Below, in pieces: positions 37,368 through 46,755 of a DNA stretch of 64,000 nucleotides. Numbering within the stretch: the stretch's first letter is position 1; each line of letters begins with the position of its first letter. Both the position numbers and the translations under genes were made by a program. Source of the stretch: an uncultured Oscillospiraceae bacterium (GTDB lineage: Bacteria > Bacillota > Clostridia > Oscillospirales > CAG-382). The notes beneath the pieces are model-generated. The model did not search any database, was not told where the DNA came from, and saw only the letters and a program-made list of their open reading frames with translations. Location of the stretch: contig CAZAJX010000005.1 of NCBI GenBank assembly GCA_964485815.1, positions 193 to 64,192 of the forward strand. Direction: 5' to 3'.

Positions 37368-37874
37368 TTATTTTTCTATAAAGGATATCATTTGCGCGGT
37401 TCCGAAAACGACTATACGACCGTAACGGAGGCACGCGCCGTCTTCTTCGGTTGAATTAACAAACTCCCTGCGATCTTCCTCAAAGGCAATAGCATCAGTT
37501 TCTTCAGAAAACTCGTATATATATGCCCAGCCAAAAGAAGCAGGATCGTCCTTCGGTACGCTCTGATCTGTAATGTGAACTATCCTTGTAACATCACCGT
37601 TAAGTTCAAGCCCGCTTCCGGCGATATTCTCGCATACCGATGCTATCATATCGGCATCATATTCTTGTGCATAAAATTCTTTATAATCAAGGGCTTTGAT
37701 TATATCATCGAATTTGATCATGGTTTCAGGCGCAGCGCTTTCGGCGGCGCTGATATCGGTTGAATTTGCAGATTCCATATTGGCTGAAATCTCCGAAGTT
37801 TCTTCCGTATCGCAGGCAACGAAAGACAGTACTACCGCTATAATAAGTAAAAACAAAGTAAAGTTCTTGCGCAT
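37368..37874 (-). CDS. hypothetical lipoprotein
   Basis: MRKNFTLFLLIIAVVLSFVAC lipobox, GGAGG RBS. Confidence 0.6.
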   Translation of the reverse strand: MRKNFTLFLLIIAVVLSFVACDTEETSEISANMESANSTDISAAESAAPETMIKFDDIIKALDYKEFYAQEYDADMIASVCENIAGSGLELNGDVTRIVHITDQSVPKDDPASFGWAYIYEFSEETDAIAFEEDRREFVNSTEEDGACLRYGRIVVFGTAQMISFIEK

Positions 37875-37900
37875 TTTTATTACCTCCATATATTTGTGAT

Positions 37901-38554
37901 CTATTTTTTATTACCGTACGTCAGCTTATGCTTGACCAGTTCGCTGCGGCAGTTCCAGCAGGTTCTGCTGTGAAAATTATTTGAGGTGCCGCATACGATA
38001 CAATGTCTGTGCTCGCCCTGGGGCTCGTGAACGTAAAAATTATATTTAAAGCCGTAAAAGTGATATACCTTGTCGCCAACGGAAAATTCATCGACGTGGT
38101 TTTCTATTTTGCCGGTAGCTACGTTGTGTACGCTTCCCATAAGAGTAGAGGTTATACCCATCCGTTCTTTTACGCCCAAGGATTTTGCAGTGTGCTTAAC
38201 AGTTTTTCCGTTTTTCCTTTGGATGGTAAGCACGATATTGTTTCTCTGATAACTGCCGGGCTTGCCGCCGACGAAATATGAATCCGTATTGGTTTTAATA
38301 TCTATTGCCGTGATAACGCCTTCCCAATTTGAATCAAACAAGGTGAGAGGTATTCCCGATACACCGAACGGCACGGAATATACTGCAATACCTATACACG
38401 CTATAGCGAAAGGCGGGATAAGCTCATAGGAAAATATGGTTTCCCGATAATAATACACCAAAGCGGTTATGACGGAAAACAAAAGTATGCACAGTAAAAA
38501 CCGTTTTACAAAGTTTTTTGTACGGAGCGATCTTAAGGATTCGGGAAGAAGCAT
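37901..38554 (-). CDS. hypothetical 2-TM membrane protein with C-terminal zinc ribbon
   Basis: CIVC...CWNC near the C-terminus. ATG at 38554 after GAGGTG (GTG at 38563 is possible). Confidence 0.58.
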   Translation of the reverse strand: MLLPESLRSLRTKNFVKRFLLCILLFSVITALVYYYRETIFSYELIPPFAIACIGIAVYSVPFGVSGIPLTLFDSNWEGVITAIDIKTNTDSYFVGGKPGSYQRNNIVLTIQRKNGKTVKHTAKSLGVKERMGITSTLMGSVHNVATGKIENHVDEFSVGDKVYHFYGFKYNFYVHEPQGEHRHCIVCGTSNNFHSRTCWNCRSELVKHKLTYGNKK

Positions 38555-38566
38555 AAAGAACACCTC

Positions 38567-39259
38567 TTATTTTTTCGGGCGGAATTTCTCTTTTAATTTA
38601 TCTGAGGGGCTTTCAAGAACGGGATCGAGAAGTCCCGTGGCGTTTGATGCGATAAAGGGCTCCACATCCGTATGTTCTGCGCAAAAGGCAAGCATCTGGC
38701 GCTCGTATTCGCCTTGTCTGCGGGCTTCAAAATAGCCCATATTTTTTTGATATCCCAGACTGAATGAAAGTCTGAAAAATGCGCCGGAAAGATCTTTTTT
38801 GCTGTAATTCTTTTGGGGACACACTTTGTCCGAAACGTAAAAGGTATAGGATTTGCCTATATCAATGAAAAAATGTCTTGAACGGCGGGTATACTCGAAA
38901 GAAATTCCGTAATCCTTAACGTCTTCCCAGGCAATAAATTTTGTGCGGAAGGGAGAAATACGGCTTACGCCCAACTGATCGAAAACGTACACGCACAATG
39001 CGTCTTTGGCACAATAGAAGGCGTTGTAGGCTAACACAAAGCAAGCGAAAGCAAAAAGCAACGCGGAAACGATAAAGAATGCGTATGCAAGCTTAACAGC
39101 GAGAGGCGAGGCATGCTCGGCGGGCTCATAGGTGAAAATATTGCGTATTAACTGAAACACGCCCCAAGCCGAAATAAGTGCGGTTACGGAGCATATAAGT
39201 GTTGCCGATATTCCGCCTGCACGTTCATCTATTATTTGTTTATCTGTTATATCGTACAT
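38567..39259 (-). CDS. hypothetical 2-TM membrane protein with soluble C-terminal domain
   Basis: 230 aa with two N-terminal TM helices and a GAGGCGG RBS. Confidence 0.58.
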   Translation of the reverse strand: MYDITDKQIIDERAGGISATLICSVTALISAWGVFQLIRNIFTYEPAEHASPLAVKLAYAFFIVSALLFAFACFVLAYNAFYCAKDALCVYVFDQLGVSRISPFRTKFIAWEDVKDYGISFEYTRRSRHFFIDIGKSYTFYVSDKVCPQKNYSKKDLSGAFFRLSFSLGYQKNMGYFEARRQGEYERQMLAFCAEHTDVEPFIASNATGLLDPVLESPSDKLKEKFRPKK

Positions 39260-39281
39260 TTTAAAACCGCCTCAAAATCTG

Positions 39282-39659
39282 TTATATAAAGGAATAGAAA
39301 TGCGCAAAGACCTGAGAAACCTCTTCGGGTGCATACATAACGTTGATAACGAGTATGGCGATGTAATACACGAGCGAAAATACAACCGATACACCCAGCA
39401 TAACAAGGCTTATAATAGCCAAAACTTTGCCGATCTTTACCTTGGTGCAGGTTTCACCATCGCGCTCACGACGGTAGATCCTCTCTTTCTGAAGGGTCCA
39501 CAAAGCAAGAACGAGTCCTATCAAGCCGGAGAAAAGAAGGGAAAATATACCCATTATCAACACGTTATTGGGGTAAACGGTATAATGCTTATATTCCTTC
39601 ACCTCTTCGGGAGGCGGAAGGGCGGGTTCCTCATTGTATTGATATTTATAGTTTGCCAT
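39282..39659 (-). CDS. small 2-TM membrane protein (DUF4190/dispanin-like topology)
   Basis: MANYKYQYNEEPALPPPEE... then two TM helices. Start uncertain: a TTG at 39797 would add a Pro-rich extension. Confidence 0.45.
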   Translation of the reverse strand: MANYKYQYNEEPALPPPEEVKEYKHYTVYPNNVLIMGIFSLLFSGLIGLVLALWTLQKERIYRRERDGETCTKVKIGKVLAIISLVMLGVSVVFSLVYYIAILVINVMYAPEEVSQVFAHFYSFI

Positions 39660-39797
39660 TTTTAAAAAAATACCTTTCTTTATCTTCCCCAAAGGGCTGC
39701 TGCGTTTGAGCAAGCCCTTCGGAGTCGGAGTATATACACGGCGGTTTGGCGGTGCCGCATATATTGTGGTTGGTGCCCCTGCGGGCGGGGTGATCAA

Positions 39798-41189
39798 TTA
39801 TTCAACGGCTGTGGTTTCTATTCCCGCTTCATCAAGCTTTTTGCCGAGAATGGGGGGAAGCTGCATACCTGCCATTGCGAACACCTCATCAAGAGGGGGA
39901 ACGGATTTCATCATACCGGAGATAAAGTTTGCAGTTGCGGTCTTGCCGTCGCCGCCCTGACCGCCGTCCCAAACGGTAACCTTATCGATCTTAATGCCCT
40001 TAACAGCGTCAACCTGAACACGCATAAGGTCTTCAAGCTTATCTGCAATAAGGAGCTTGAGTGCCGCTTCGGCATCGCCGCCTGCGGATTTAACGATTTC
40101 TGCAAAACCTGCGGCCTGCTTTTTAAGGATCTCTTCCAGACCGCGTGCTTCTGCTTCCATCTTTGCGTAGATAGCGTCTGCTTCACCCTTTGCTTTTCTG
40201 CGGAGTCTTTCTGCTTCTGCTTCTGCTTCCAGCTCGATCTCTTTCTTCTTTGCTTCTGCGCGTACGATTATGTCTGCTTCCAGAGTAGCCTGCTCTTTTG
40301 CACGGCGGGCTTCTTCTGCTGCTTGCTGTGCTGCATAGGATTCTTCCAGAGCCTTTGCTTCCTGAATCTTTTCTGCGGTGGTAGCGATCTTCATTGCCTC
40401 TGCCTGCTTTTCTTTAAGAGCCGCATCGGACATTGCGATCTTCATCTTGGCTTCGTTTTCACCCTGGATAGCGATAGAGTCTGCTTCGGAAACCTTGATA
40501 CGCTGTTCCATCTTTGCGTTTGCTTCACCGATAGAACCTTCTCTATCCTGCTCTGCAACGCTCTTCTTTGCATCGTTGATAGCCTTTGCAGCCGCTTCTT
40601 TACCAAGTGCTGCAATGTATCCGGATTCATCGCTTATGTCGGTTACGTTAACGTTTATAAGACGAAGACCGATCTTTTTAAGCTCGGTTTCCACGTTAGA
40701 GGAAACTGCTGCGAGGAATTTATCACGGTCGGTGTTGATCTCTTCGATATCCATGGTAGCGATAACCAGACGGAGCTGACCGAAGATGATATCCTTTGAA
40801 AGTTCCTGAATTTCGGAAAGCTGAAGTCCAAGCAAACGCTCTGCAGCGTTCTGCATTACACCGCTTTCGGTAGAGATACCAACGGTAAATCTGGAAGGAA
40901 CGTCAATACGGATATTCTGTCTGGAAAGTGCGTTCTTAAGGTCTACCTGAATGGAGATAGGCGTAAGGTCCAGGTAAGAATAGGACTGGATCACGGGCCA
41001 TACGAACTGAGCGCCGCCGTGAATACACTTGGAGCTGCGGTTGGTGCCGTCCTTGTTTTTGCCGATACGACCGTAGATAACCATGATCTTATCGGAAGGG
41101 CACCTCTTGTATCTGGAAAAGAGCCAGAGTACAAAGGACATTAAGATGAGCACTACTGCGCAAATCAAAACAATGATAATAGGGTTCAT
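39798..41189 (-). CDS. flotillin-family SPFH protein
   Basis: N-terminal TM, SPFH domain, long Ala/Glu-rich coiled coil. GGAGGA RBS. Confidence 0.88.
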   Translation of the reverse strand: MNPIIIVLICAVVLILMSFVLWLFSRYKRCPSDKIMVIYGRIGKNKDGTNRSSKCIHGGAQFVWPVIQSYSYLDLTPISIQVDLKNALSRQNIRIDVPSRFTVGISTESGVMQNAAERLLGLQLSEIQELSKDIIFGQLRLVIATMDIEEINTDRDKFLAAVSSNVETELKKIGLRLINVNVTDISDESGYIAALGKEAAAKAINDAKKSVAEQDREGSIGEANAKMEQRIKVSEADSIAIQGENEAKMKIAMSDAALKEKQAEAMKIATTAEKIQEAKALEESYAAQQAAEEARRAKEQATLEADIIVRAEAKKKEIELEAEAEAERLRRKAKGEADAIYAKMEAEARGLEEILKKQAAGFAEIVKSAGGDAEAALKLLIADKLEDLMRVQVDAVKGIKIDKVTVWDGGQGGDGKTATANFISGMMKSVPPLDEVFAMAGMQLPPILGKKLDEAGIETTAVE

Positions 41190-41236
41190 AATTTTCCTCC
41201 GAAAAAATTTATTTTTTTGTTTTTTATTTTTGTTTT

Positions 41237-41881
41237 TTACTTTTTTCTTACAACAAGAGTGGTTTCACCGCTTACACGGACGACCACCACTTCGCTTCCG
41301 GTGGGGATAGGATCGGGTTCATCGGTAACGGCATCCCGCTCTACGTAAGAGCCCTGAAGCAGTATGTGTACCTTACCCTCGCCCATTCTGGAAGGAGGAA
41401 CGGTAAGATGTACTTTGCCTGCAGTGCCTACGGCATTGCGGATGTCGATGGTTCCGTCGCTTCTAAGCTGCATTATCGCTTTGAATATAAAAGCAAGTGT
41501 AACCATCATTGCAAAGCCGCAGAGAGAAGATATGGGAAGGTTGATCCACAGTGCGACGTTCATAGATTCCAGCAGAGCACCCATCCAGCCGAATATTACC
41601 AGAAACGCTATAACGCCTCTTACGGTAAATATACGGAGTCCGTCAAGACCGTTGGGGTCTAAGTCCTCGTCAAATCCGCCGTCGTCAACGTCCGTATCTG
41701 CATCAACATCGCCTGCATCGTCGGATACGTCTGTGTCTGCTCCGTCTGCATCCGCATCGTTGCCCATACCGATAAACATAAGTATCGTCTGGACAAGGAG
41801 AACGAGAGTAGAGGGAACTGCTATGCAATAGAATATTTGCGCCACCAAGCTAAGGGAATTCCACCATTCAATAATAGCCAT
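41237..41881 (-). CDS. NfeD-like membrane protein (flotillin partner)
   Basis: TM segments flank an acidic D/G-rich loop, with a C-terminal OB-like soluble tail. Sits immediately upstream of the flotillin gene. Confidence 0.7.
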   Translation of the reverse strand: MAIIEWWNSLSLVAQIFYCIAVPSTLVLLVQTILMFIGMGNDADADGADTDVSDDAGDVDADTDVDDGGFDEDLDPNGLDGLRIFTVRGVIAFLVIFGWMGALLESMNVALWINLPISSLCGFAMMVTLAFIFKAIMQLRSDGTIDIRNAVGTAGKVHLTVPPSRMGEGKVHILLQGSYVERDAVTDEPDPIPTGSEVVVVRVSGETTLVVRKK

Positions 41882-41918
41882 AACGCTTTTCCTTTCTTAC
41901 TGTTTATATTCATTAATT

Positions 41919-42473
41919 TTAATTTAAGGTTGAGAGCAGCTCAATTGATTTATCCCGCATACGGGAAGCACCGTGAGCATAAAACATTACTACCAAAAGC
42001 TTGCAAAGCTTTTTCTTTTCGCCCGGCGCACGCTCCGTAAAGCCCTCGGCTGCGGTTTCCGCGGCGCGAAGAATCGTAGCCTCATCAATAATATCCAGCC
42101 GCGTATCAGCCAGCATATCAACGTATCGGTGATACAGCTCGTTATCGCTTATAAGATCATCATCGGGATTATCAAGCTCCCCTCCGATTATCCGTATAAG
42201 TCCGCAGATGCGTTCGATATGCAAGGAATCACGAAGCATATTTATAATAATGATACGCGCTAACTGCTGGCGTGAATACAGCCTCTTTACAGGTGAGGTG
42301 AGGAAACCTCGTTTCACCCAATTTTGTATAACGTGCGGCTCAAGTCCCGTCATAACGGAAACCTGGGAGAGTGTTATTCCCCCCGCCGCAAAAATACCGT
42401 CAAACAAAGCTTTGGAGCTTCCTTTGGTAAGGGCGCTGACCTCTATGGTAGTTCCCGGGAATGTTCCTGCCAT
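41919..42473 (-). CDS. DUF1836-like HTH-containing protein
   Basis: GGITLSQVSVMTGLEPHVIQNWVKRGFL...ARIIIINMLRD resembles DUF1836 (recalled). AGGAGG RBS. Confidence 0.6.
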   Translation of the reverse strand: MAGTFPGTTIEVSALTKGSSKALFDGIFAAGGITLSQVSVMTGLEPHVIQNWVKRGFLTSPVKRLYSRQQLARIIIINMLRDSLHIERICGLIRIIGGELDNPDDDLISDNELYHRYVDMLADTRLDIIDEATILRAAETAAEGFTERAPGEKKKLCKLLVVMFYAHGASRMRDKSIELLSTLN

Positions 42474-42513
42474 ATTTTTTACCTCCTGTGCGGTTTCTTC
42501 TTGGTACGGTTTG

Positions 42514-42542
42514 ATTGTAACACACGGTCACGTGATTGTCAA
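42514..42542 (-). promoter_or_regulatory. putative promoter (TTGACA-17-TACAAT with TGt extended -10) of the flotillin operon
   Basis: Minus strand: ttgaca (42542-42537), 17-nt spacer, tacaat (42519-42514). Confidence 0.6.
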
Positions 42543-42613
42543 TAGAAATCATAAGATTGTTTTGCGTTTCTACATATTGCACATTTTTGGGTATATGTTT
42601 TTGTGTGTAACAT

Positions 42614-42645
42614 ACAAAAAAGGAGTCTGCTTGCACAGACTCCTT
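42614..42645 (-). terminator. rho-independent terminator of the LOG-family gene
   Basis: aggagtctg / cagactcct stem, followed on the minus strand by a T-run. Confidence 0.75.
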
Positions 42646-42663
42646 TAATTGAAGTATTATTAA

Positions 42664-43245
42664 TCAGCCCTCTTTTAATTCATTCACGGAAAAATCGTTG
42701 CTTACGGGAGCTTCGATATACTCAAACAGCTTTTGCACATCGTCGGTTACCGTATAAAGTGTTCTGCAGTTTGCGTGCACGAAATTCTTTTCGATAGCCG
42801 TTTCCATCAAAGTGTTAAGCTCCGAATAATAATTTTTCACGTTGTAGATTGCTATGGGCTTATTGTGTCGGCAAAGCTGTTTGAGAGTGAGGATTTCAAA
42901 AAACTCCTCAAATGTGCCGATACCGCCGGGAACAACTATAAACGCATCCGAATTATCTTCCATAATCTGTTTGCGCTGACGCATTGTTTCGGGCTCGATC
43001 AGCTTATCGCAATGAGGGTATATTACCTCAACGTTCTCTTCCCCGAAAAATTCGGGAATAACGCCCAGAATATATCCGCCTGCGCTTTTTACTCCTCTTG
43101 CAGCCGCGCCCATAAGTCCGTTACCGCCGCCGCCGAAAACGAGAGAGTGTCCGCGCAAAGCCATTTCCTTGCCCAAAGCCTCTACCTTTTCCATATATTC
43201 GGGGTCTATTGTAGGCGATGCCGCGCCAAAAACACATATTCTCAT
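42664..43245 (-). CDS. LOG-family (TIGR00730) nucleotide 5'-monophosphate nucleosidase
   Basis: GGGGNGLMGA and PGGIGTFEE motifs. Confidence 0.85.
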   Translation of the reverse strand: MRICVFGAASPTIDPEYMEKVEALGKEMALRGHSLVFGGGGNGLMGAAARGVKSAGGYILGVIPEFFGEENVEVIYPHCDKLIEPETMRQRKQIMEDNSDAFIVVPGGIGTFEEFFEILTLKQLCRHNKPIAIYNVKNYYSELNTLMETAIEKNFVHANCRTLYTVTDDVQKLFEYIEAPVSNDFSVNELKEG

Positions 43246-43349
43246 AAATTATCTCCTTTCACACGTTAATAATTCGCTTTAACATATTATACCATAAATT
43301 TGAATGATATGATACGTTATTATTAAAATACGGTAAAATTTACGCTATA

Positions 43350-43808
43350 CTATTGATTTAACAAGTTCAGATATTCGCCGGTTTCAAAATAGCGAGTAAG
43401 CAATTCTTCAAAATTCTGCATAGTACATACGCCTATCTCTGCGTAATCGTACACACTTGTAAGATAATACATATCCTGCCATATGGGGTCATCAAAGCCG
43501 CTATTATACACAGAAACAGTATACATTATCTCGGCACAACGGGCATTTGCCAGTCTTCCCGCAGAATATTCACTGCGGAGAAACAGCCGTATACGACGGC
43601 AGGCTTCAGGTTCATCACGATCTTCACCGCTTATTTGCTCCAGATAAGAGATCAAAGCGTTTATATCGTTTCCTTTTCCTATAAGCCCCATAGTTTCTTC
43701 GCTTAGAGGATCTTCGGTTTCAAGAAGGTTATTGAACCAAGTGTCGAACTGCTCTTTATAGCCGCATTTAAGCAACAATAGTTGATAATATGCGTCGGCA
43801 CGTGTCAT
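43350..43808 (-). CDS. hypothetical protein
   Basis: ATG at 43808 after GGAAGG. No recognised motifs. Confidence 0.5.
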   Translation of the reverse strand: MTRADAYYQLLLLKCGYKEQFDTWFNNLLETEDPLSEETMGLIGKGNDINALISYLEQISGEDRDEPEACRRIRLFLRSEYSAGRLANARCAEIMYTVSVYNSGFDDPIWQDMYYLTSVYDYAEIGVCTMQNFEELLTRYFETGEYLNLLNQ

Positions 43809-43849
43809 AAAAAAGCCGCCTTCCGTATATCTCAATCTAAATGTACTTG

Positions 43850-44686
43850 TTATCTGATAATAACCTTTCCGCTTGCTTCGGGGTCATCAAAAATAAGTTC
43901 ACCGCACTCGGGAACATAAATAGTGCCCGAGCGGGGGTTTTTAATACTTATAACAGGGGTGGTTACGGTAGCCTCGACTTCGGATTTTTCGAAGGAAAGG
44001 TCGCAATCTGTCATTTCGCAGTTTATGAGCTTTAAGCCCTTGCAATAGCAGAGAGGCTGTGTACCGATGATCTCACAGTTTTCAAAGGTTACGTTTTCGC
44101 AATACCAAGCGAGATATTCGCCTTTTATAACGCTGTCCCGCACTACCACGTTCTTTGCGTGCCAGAAAGCATCCTTGGTGTTGAAAACGCAGTTTTCGAA
44201 AACGGAATCTTCTATGTACTGGAAGGAATATTTGCCGTTTAGGGTAACGCCGCTAAAATTAAGCTTGTTTGAGCGAAGCATAAAATACTCGCCCTCTACC
44301 TTGCAATCGGTCATTTCAATACCGTTTACAAACCAGCCGAATTCTGCGGAAATTACGTCGCAACCGTACATAGTTATATCCGAGCATTCGCGCAAAGCCT
44401 TTATTCCATGAAGCTTGGTATTGCCGATCTCTGCGCCGTTTGTATACCAAAGTGCCGCACGGCAAAGAGGCGTAAGCTCGCTGTGGGATATTTTAAGTCC
44501 GTCTACGTGCCAGAAAGGATAGCGGAGATTAAAAAAGCAGTTATCCACGTTGATTATTTTACATTCCTTAAAGGCGCTTTCCCCGTCCGCAGGTCCGTCA
44601 AAGGAACACTCGGACACGGTAAGAGAGGTGCTTCCGTAAAAAGCGCGCTCTTCGTCAAAGGTTTGTTTTTTTACAATGCTGCTCAT
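43850..44686 (-). CDS. DUF3737-like beta-helix repeat protein
   Basis: Repetitive about 22-aa beta-helix-like periodicity. N-terminus resembles DUF3737 (recalled). Confidence 0.7.
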   Translation of the reverse strand: MSSIVKKQTFDEERAFYGSTSLTVSECSFDGPADGESAFKECKIINVDNCFFNLRYPFWHVDGLKISHSELTPLCRAALWYTNGAEIGNTKLHGIKALRECSDITMYGCDVISAEFGWFVNGIEMTDCKVEGEYFMLRSNKLNFSGVTLNGKYSFQYIEDSVFENCVFNTKDAFWHAKNVVVRDSVIKGEYLAWYCENVTFENCEIIGTQPLCYCKGLKLINCEMTDCDLSFEKSEVEATVTTPVISIKNPRSGTIYVPECGELIFDDPEASGKVIIR

Positions 44687-44794
44687 AGGTCATCTTCTCT
44701 TTTCCTGATATTGTAAATATTATACTATGGTTTTATGAAAAATGCAACATCCCGAAAAATATTAACGGCGGGAAAAGATCCCGCCGTGTATGTT

Positions 44795-45433
44795 TTATTT
44801 TTTATCTATAGCAGATGCGATTGCGTAATAAATGGGAATGGTAACGAACAGTATCCAGTAAGGATGCCACAAGTCCCATTGCATGCCGATGATGCAGTAT
44901 AAAAACGTAACGAATACAGGGTATGCAAAATGAGAAAATTTCTTAGTACGCACGCAATCGAGCACGGAATAGTATACGGGTATGGTGATAAACACAGTCC
45001 AGGAGATATACCATCCGTCCAAAAGAAATCCCCAAAGGAGAAAAACCACCGTTGCAAAAATAGGATACGGAAGTGCGTGTAAAGCACGCAGAGTCTTACG
45101 CTTTGTATCCGCAGGCGTGCCGTCATCGCTGTAGTAAGCTTCCGCCTCTGCGTCTTCCTTATCGTCTTCGTCCTCGTATTTATCTTCATTTTCTTCGGTA
45201 TCCGCTTTCTCTGCTTTGTTAGGGGCAGGTCTGCCGATAAGCTCATCCAAAGAAATGTTATAAAGATTTGCTATGGTTATAAGATTATCAGTATCGGGCA
45301 GGGATGCTCCGCATTCCCATTTAGAAACTGCCTGACGGGATACGCCCAGCTTTTCTGCAAAGGCTTCCTGTGATAAGCCCGCTTGCTTTCTTAATTCATA
45401 TAGCTTGTTTCCAAGCGCTTCGCCGTTTGTCAT
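44795..45433 (-). CDS. membrane-anchored XRE-family HTH protein
   Basis: LSQEAFAEKLGVSRQAVSKWECGASLPD, acidic linker, 4 C-terminal TM segments. GGAGGA RBS. Confidence 0.8.
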   Translation of the reverse strand: MTNGEALGNKLYELRKQAGLSQEAFAEKLGVSRQAVSKWECGASLPDTDNLITIANLYNISLDELIGRPAPNKAEKADTEENEDKYEDEDDKEDAEAEAYYSDDGTPADTKRKTLRALHALPYPIFATVVFLLWGFLLDGWYISWTVFITIPVYYSVLDCVRTKKFSHFAYPVFVTFLYCIIGMQWDLWHPYWILFVTIPIYYAIASAIDKK

Positions 45434-45574
45434 AAATATTCCTCCTTGACGTATGTCGGTCATTAATTACAGGTTTATTTTACAACAGGAGCCCACTTTT
45501 TGCAACCGTCTTTACATAGCAATACCGCAACTTTAGGTTGCGGTACTTAAAAACGGCGTTTTTTGTGAGTTTTT

Positions 45575-45602
45575 AGGGGTGACTTTTTTCGGGGTCCCCG
45601 AG
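45575..45602 (-). repeat. inverted-orientation copy of the GGGGACCCCGAAAAAA-GTCACCCC motif
   Basis: Plus strand reads aGGGGTGACttttttcGGGGTCCCCgag. Confidence 0.65.
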
Positions 45603-45689
45603 AAAGCGTTTTTAATATATTTGTTACGTCCGTTGCGGGCGATTCGTGAATCGCCCCTACTCGCCTAAAAACCTTTCATGGGGTGTTTT

Positions 45690-46667
45690 TTAGTTTTCTC
45701 TGTCCCAGAGGATATGGTAGAAGCCGACGTAATCCTTATCCTCTGTTTTTATCTTATCGATAGCGGGACCGGGATGGCGGTTGAGCATACCCGTGAGAAG
45801 ATAGGGAATTTCATATCCCCACACAAGTCCCTGCGCCTTAAGAGGAAGCATATACTCCTGAATAAACTTCAGTACGTATACAACGTTATAGCGGGGATTG
45901 CGCAAGAAGCCCAGTATACCCTCAAGTATACAGTTGCCTGCTCCTCTGCCCATACCCATCATAGTAGCATCAAGATAACTTGCGCCGAAAGCTACGGATT
46001 CAACGGTGTTGGCAAACGCCATCTGCTGGTTGTTATGGGCGTGCATACCGATCTTTTTGCCGTACTTTTCACCAAAGGAGCAATACAACTCGGTAAGCTC
46101 GCGTACCTGCTCGGGATAAAGTGAACCGTAGCTATCCACAAGATAAATAACGTCCACCGAGCACTTGCCCAGCATTTCCAACGCCTGCTCTACGTCCTTG
46201 GAGTCTGCCGTGGAAACAGCCATAATGTTTACGCAGGTTTCGTAACCCTTGTTATGGCAATATTCAACCATTTCGATAGCGGCGGGAATGGTGTTGATAT
46301 AGGTGGCTACGCGGATCATATCGATAACGCTGTCTTTTTTATCGATAATGTCCCGCTTATAATCGGTTCTGCCTACATCCGCCATTACGGATATCTTAAG
46401 ATCGGTGTTATTATCGCCTACGATAGCGCGGAGATCCGCCTCTTCGCAAAACTTCCACTTGCCGTAAGCCTTTTCATCAAACAGATCCTTTGAAGCCTTG
46501 TAGCCGAACTCCATATAGTCCACGCCGGCCTTTATATTTGCTTCGTACAATGCTTTTACAAAATCATCCGTAAAAAAGAAATTATTTACAAGACCGCCAT
46601 CCCGAATGGTTGCATCGAGCACCTTTATATCGGGACGGTAGATCATAAGATTACCTTTTTGTGCCAT
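45690..46667 (-). CDS. DRE-TIM (HMGL-like) aldolase-family protein
   Basis: VLDATIRDGG N-terminal motif and HAHNN metal motif. GGAGG RBS. Confidence 0.75.
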   Translation of the reverse strand: MAQKGNLMIYRPDIKVLDATIRDGGLVNNFFFTDDFVKALYEANIKAGVDYMEFGYKASKDLFDEKAYGKWKFCEEADLRAIVGDNNTDLKISVMADVGRTDYKRDIIDKKDSVIDMIRVATYINTIPAAIEMVEYCHNKGYETCVNIMAVSTADSKDVEQALEMLGKCSVDVIYLVDSYGSLYPEQVRELTELYCSFGEKYGKKIGMHAHNNQQMAFANTVESVAFGASYLDATMMGMGRGAGNCILEGILGFLRNPRYNVVYVLKFIQEYMLPLKAQGLVWGYEIPYLLTGMLNRHPGPAIDKIKTEDKDYVGFYHILWDREN

Positions 46668-46755
46668 AGGTTGTTCCTCCGTAGGAAAAGTGATTATGGG
46701 CAGTATACCACATTAAAAATTAAAAATAAAGGGATTTTTTTGTTTTTTGCGTTTT

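Noticed and set aside
39660-39797. Pro-rich N-terminal extension (TTG start at 39797) of the small membrane protein
   Set aside because: Non-ATG start immediately after the flotillin stop codon and no RBS. Kept as an alternative only, and the shorter ATG start is itself weakly supported.
40150-40520. Repetitive Ala/Glu/Lys-rich DNA in the flotillin gene, with several overlapping small ORFs
   Set aside because: It matches the EA-rich coiled-coil region typical of flotillins. It is not an independent repeat element or gene.
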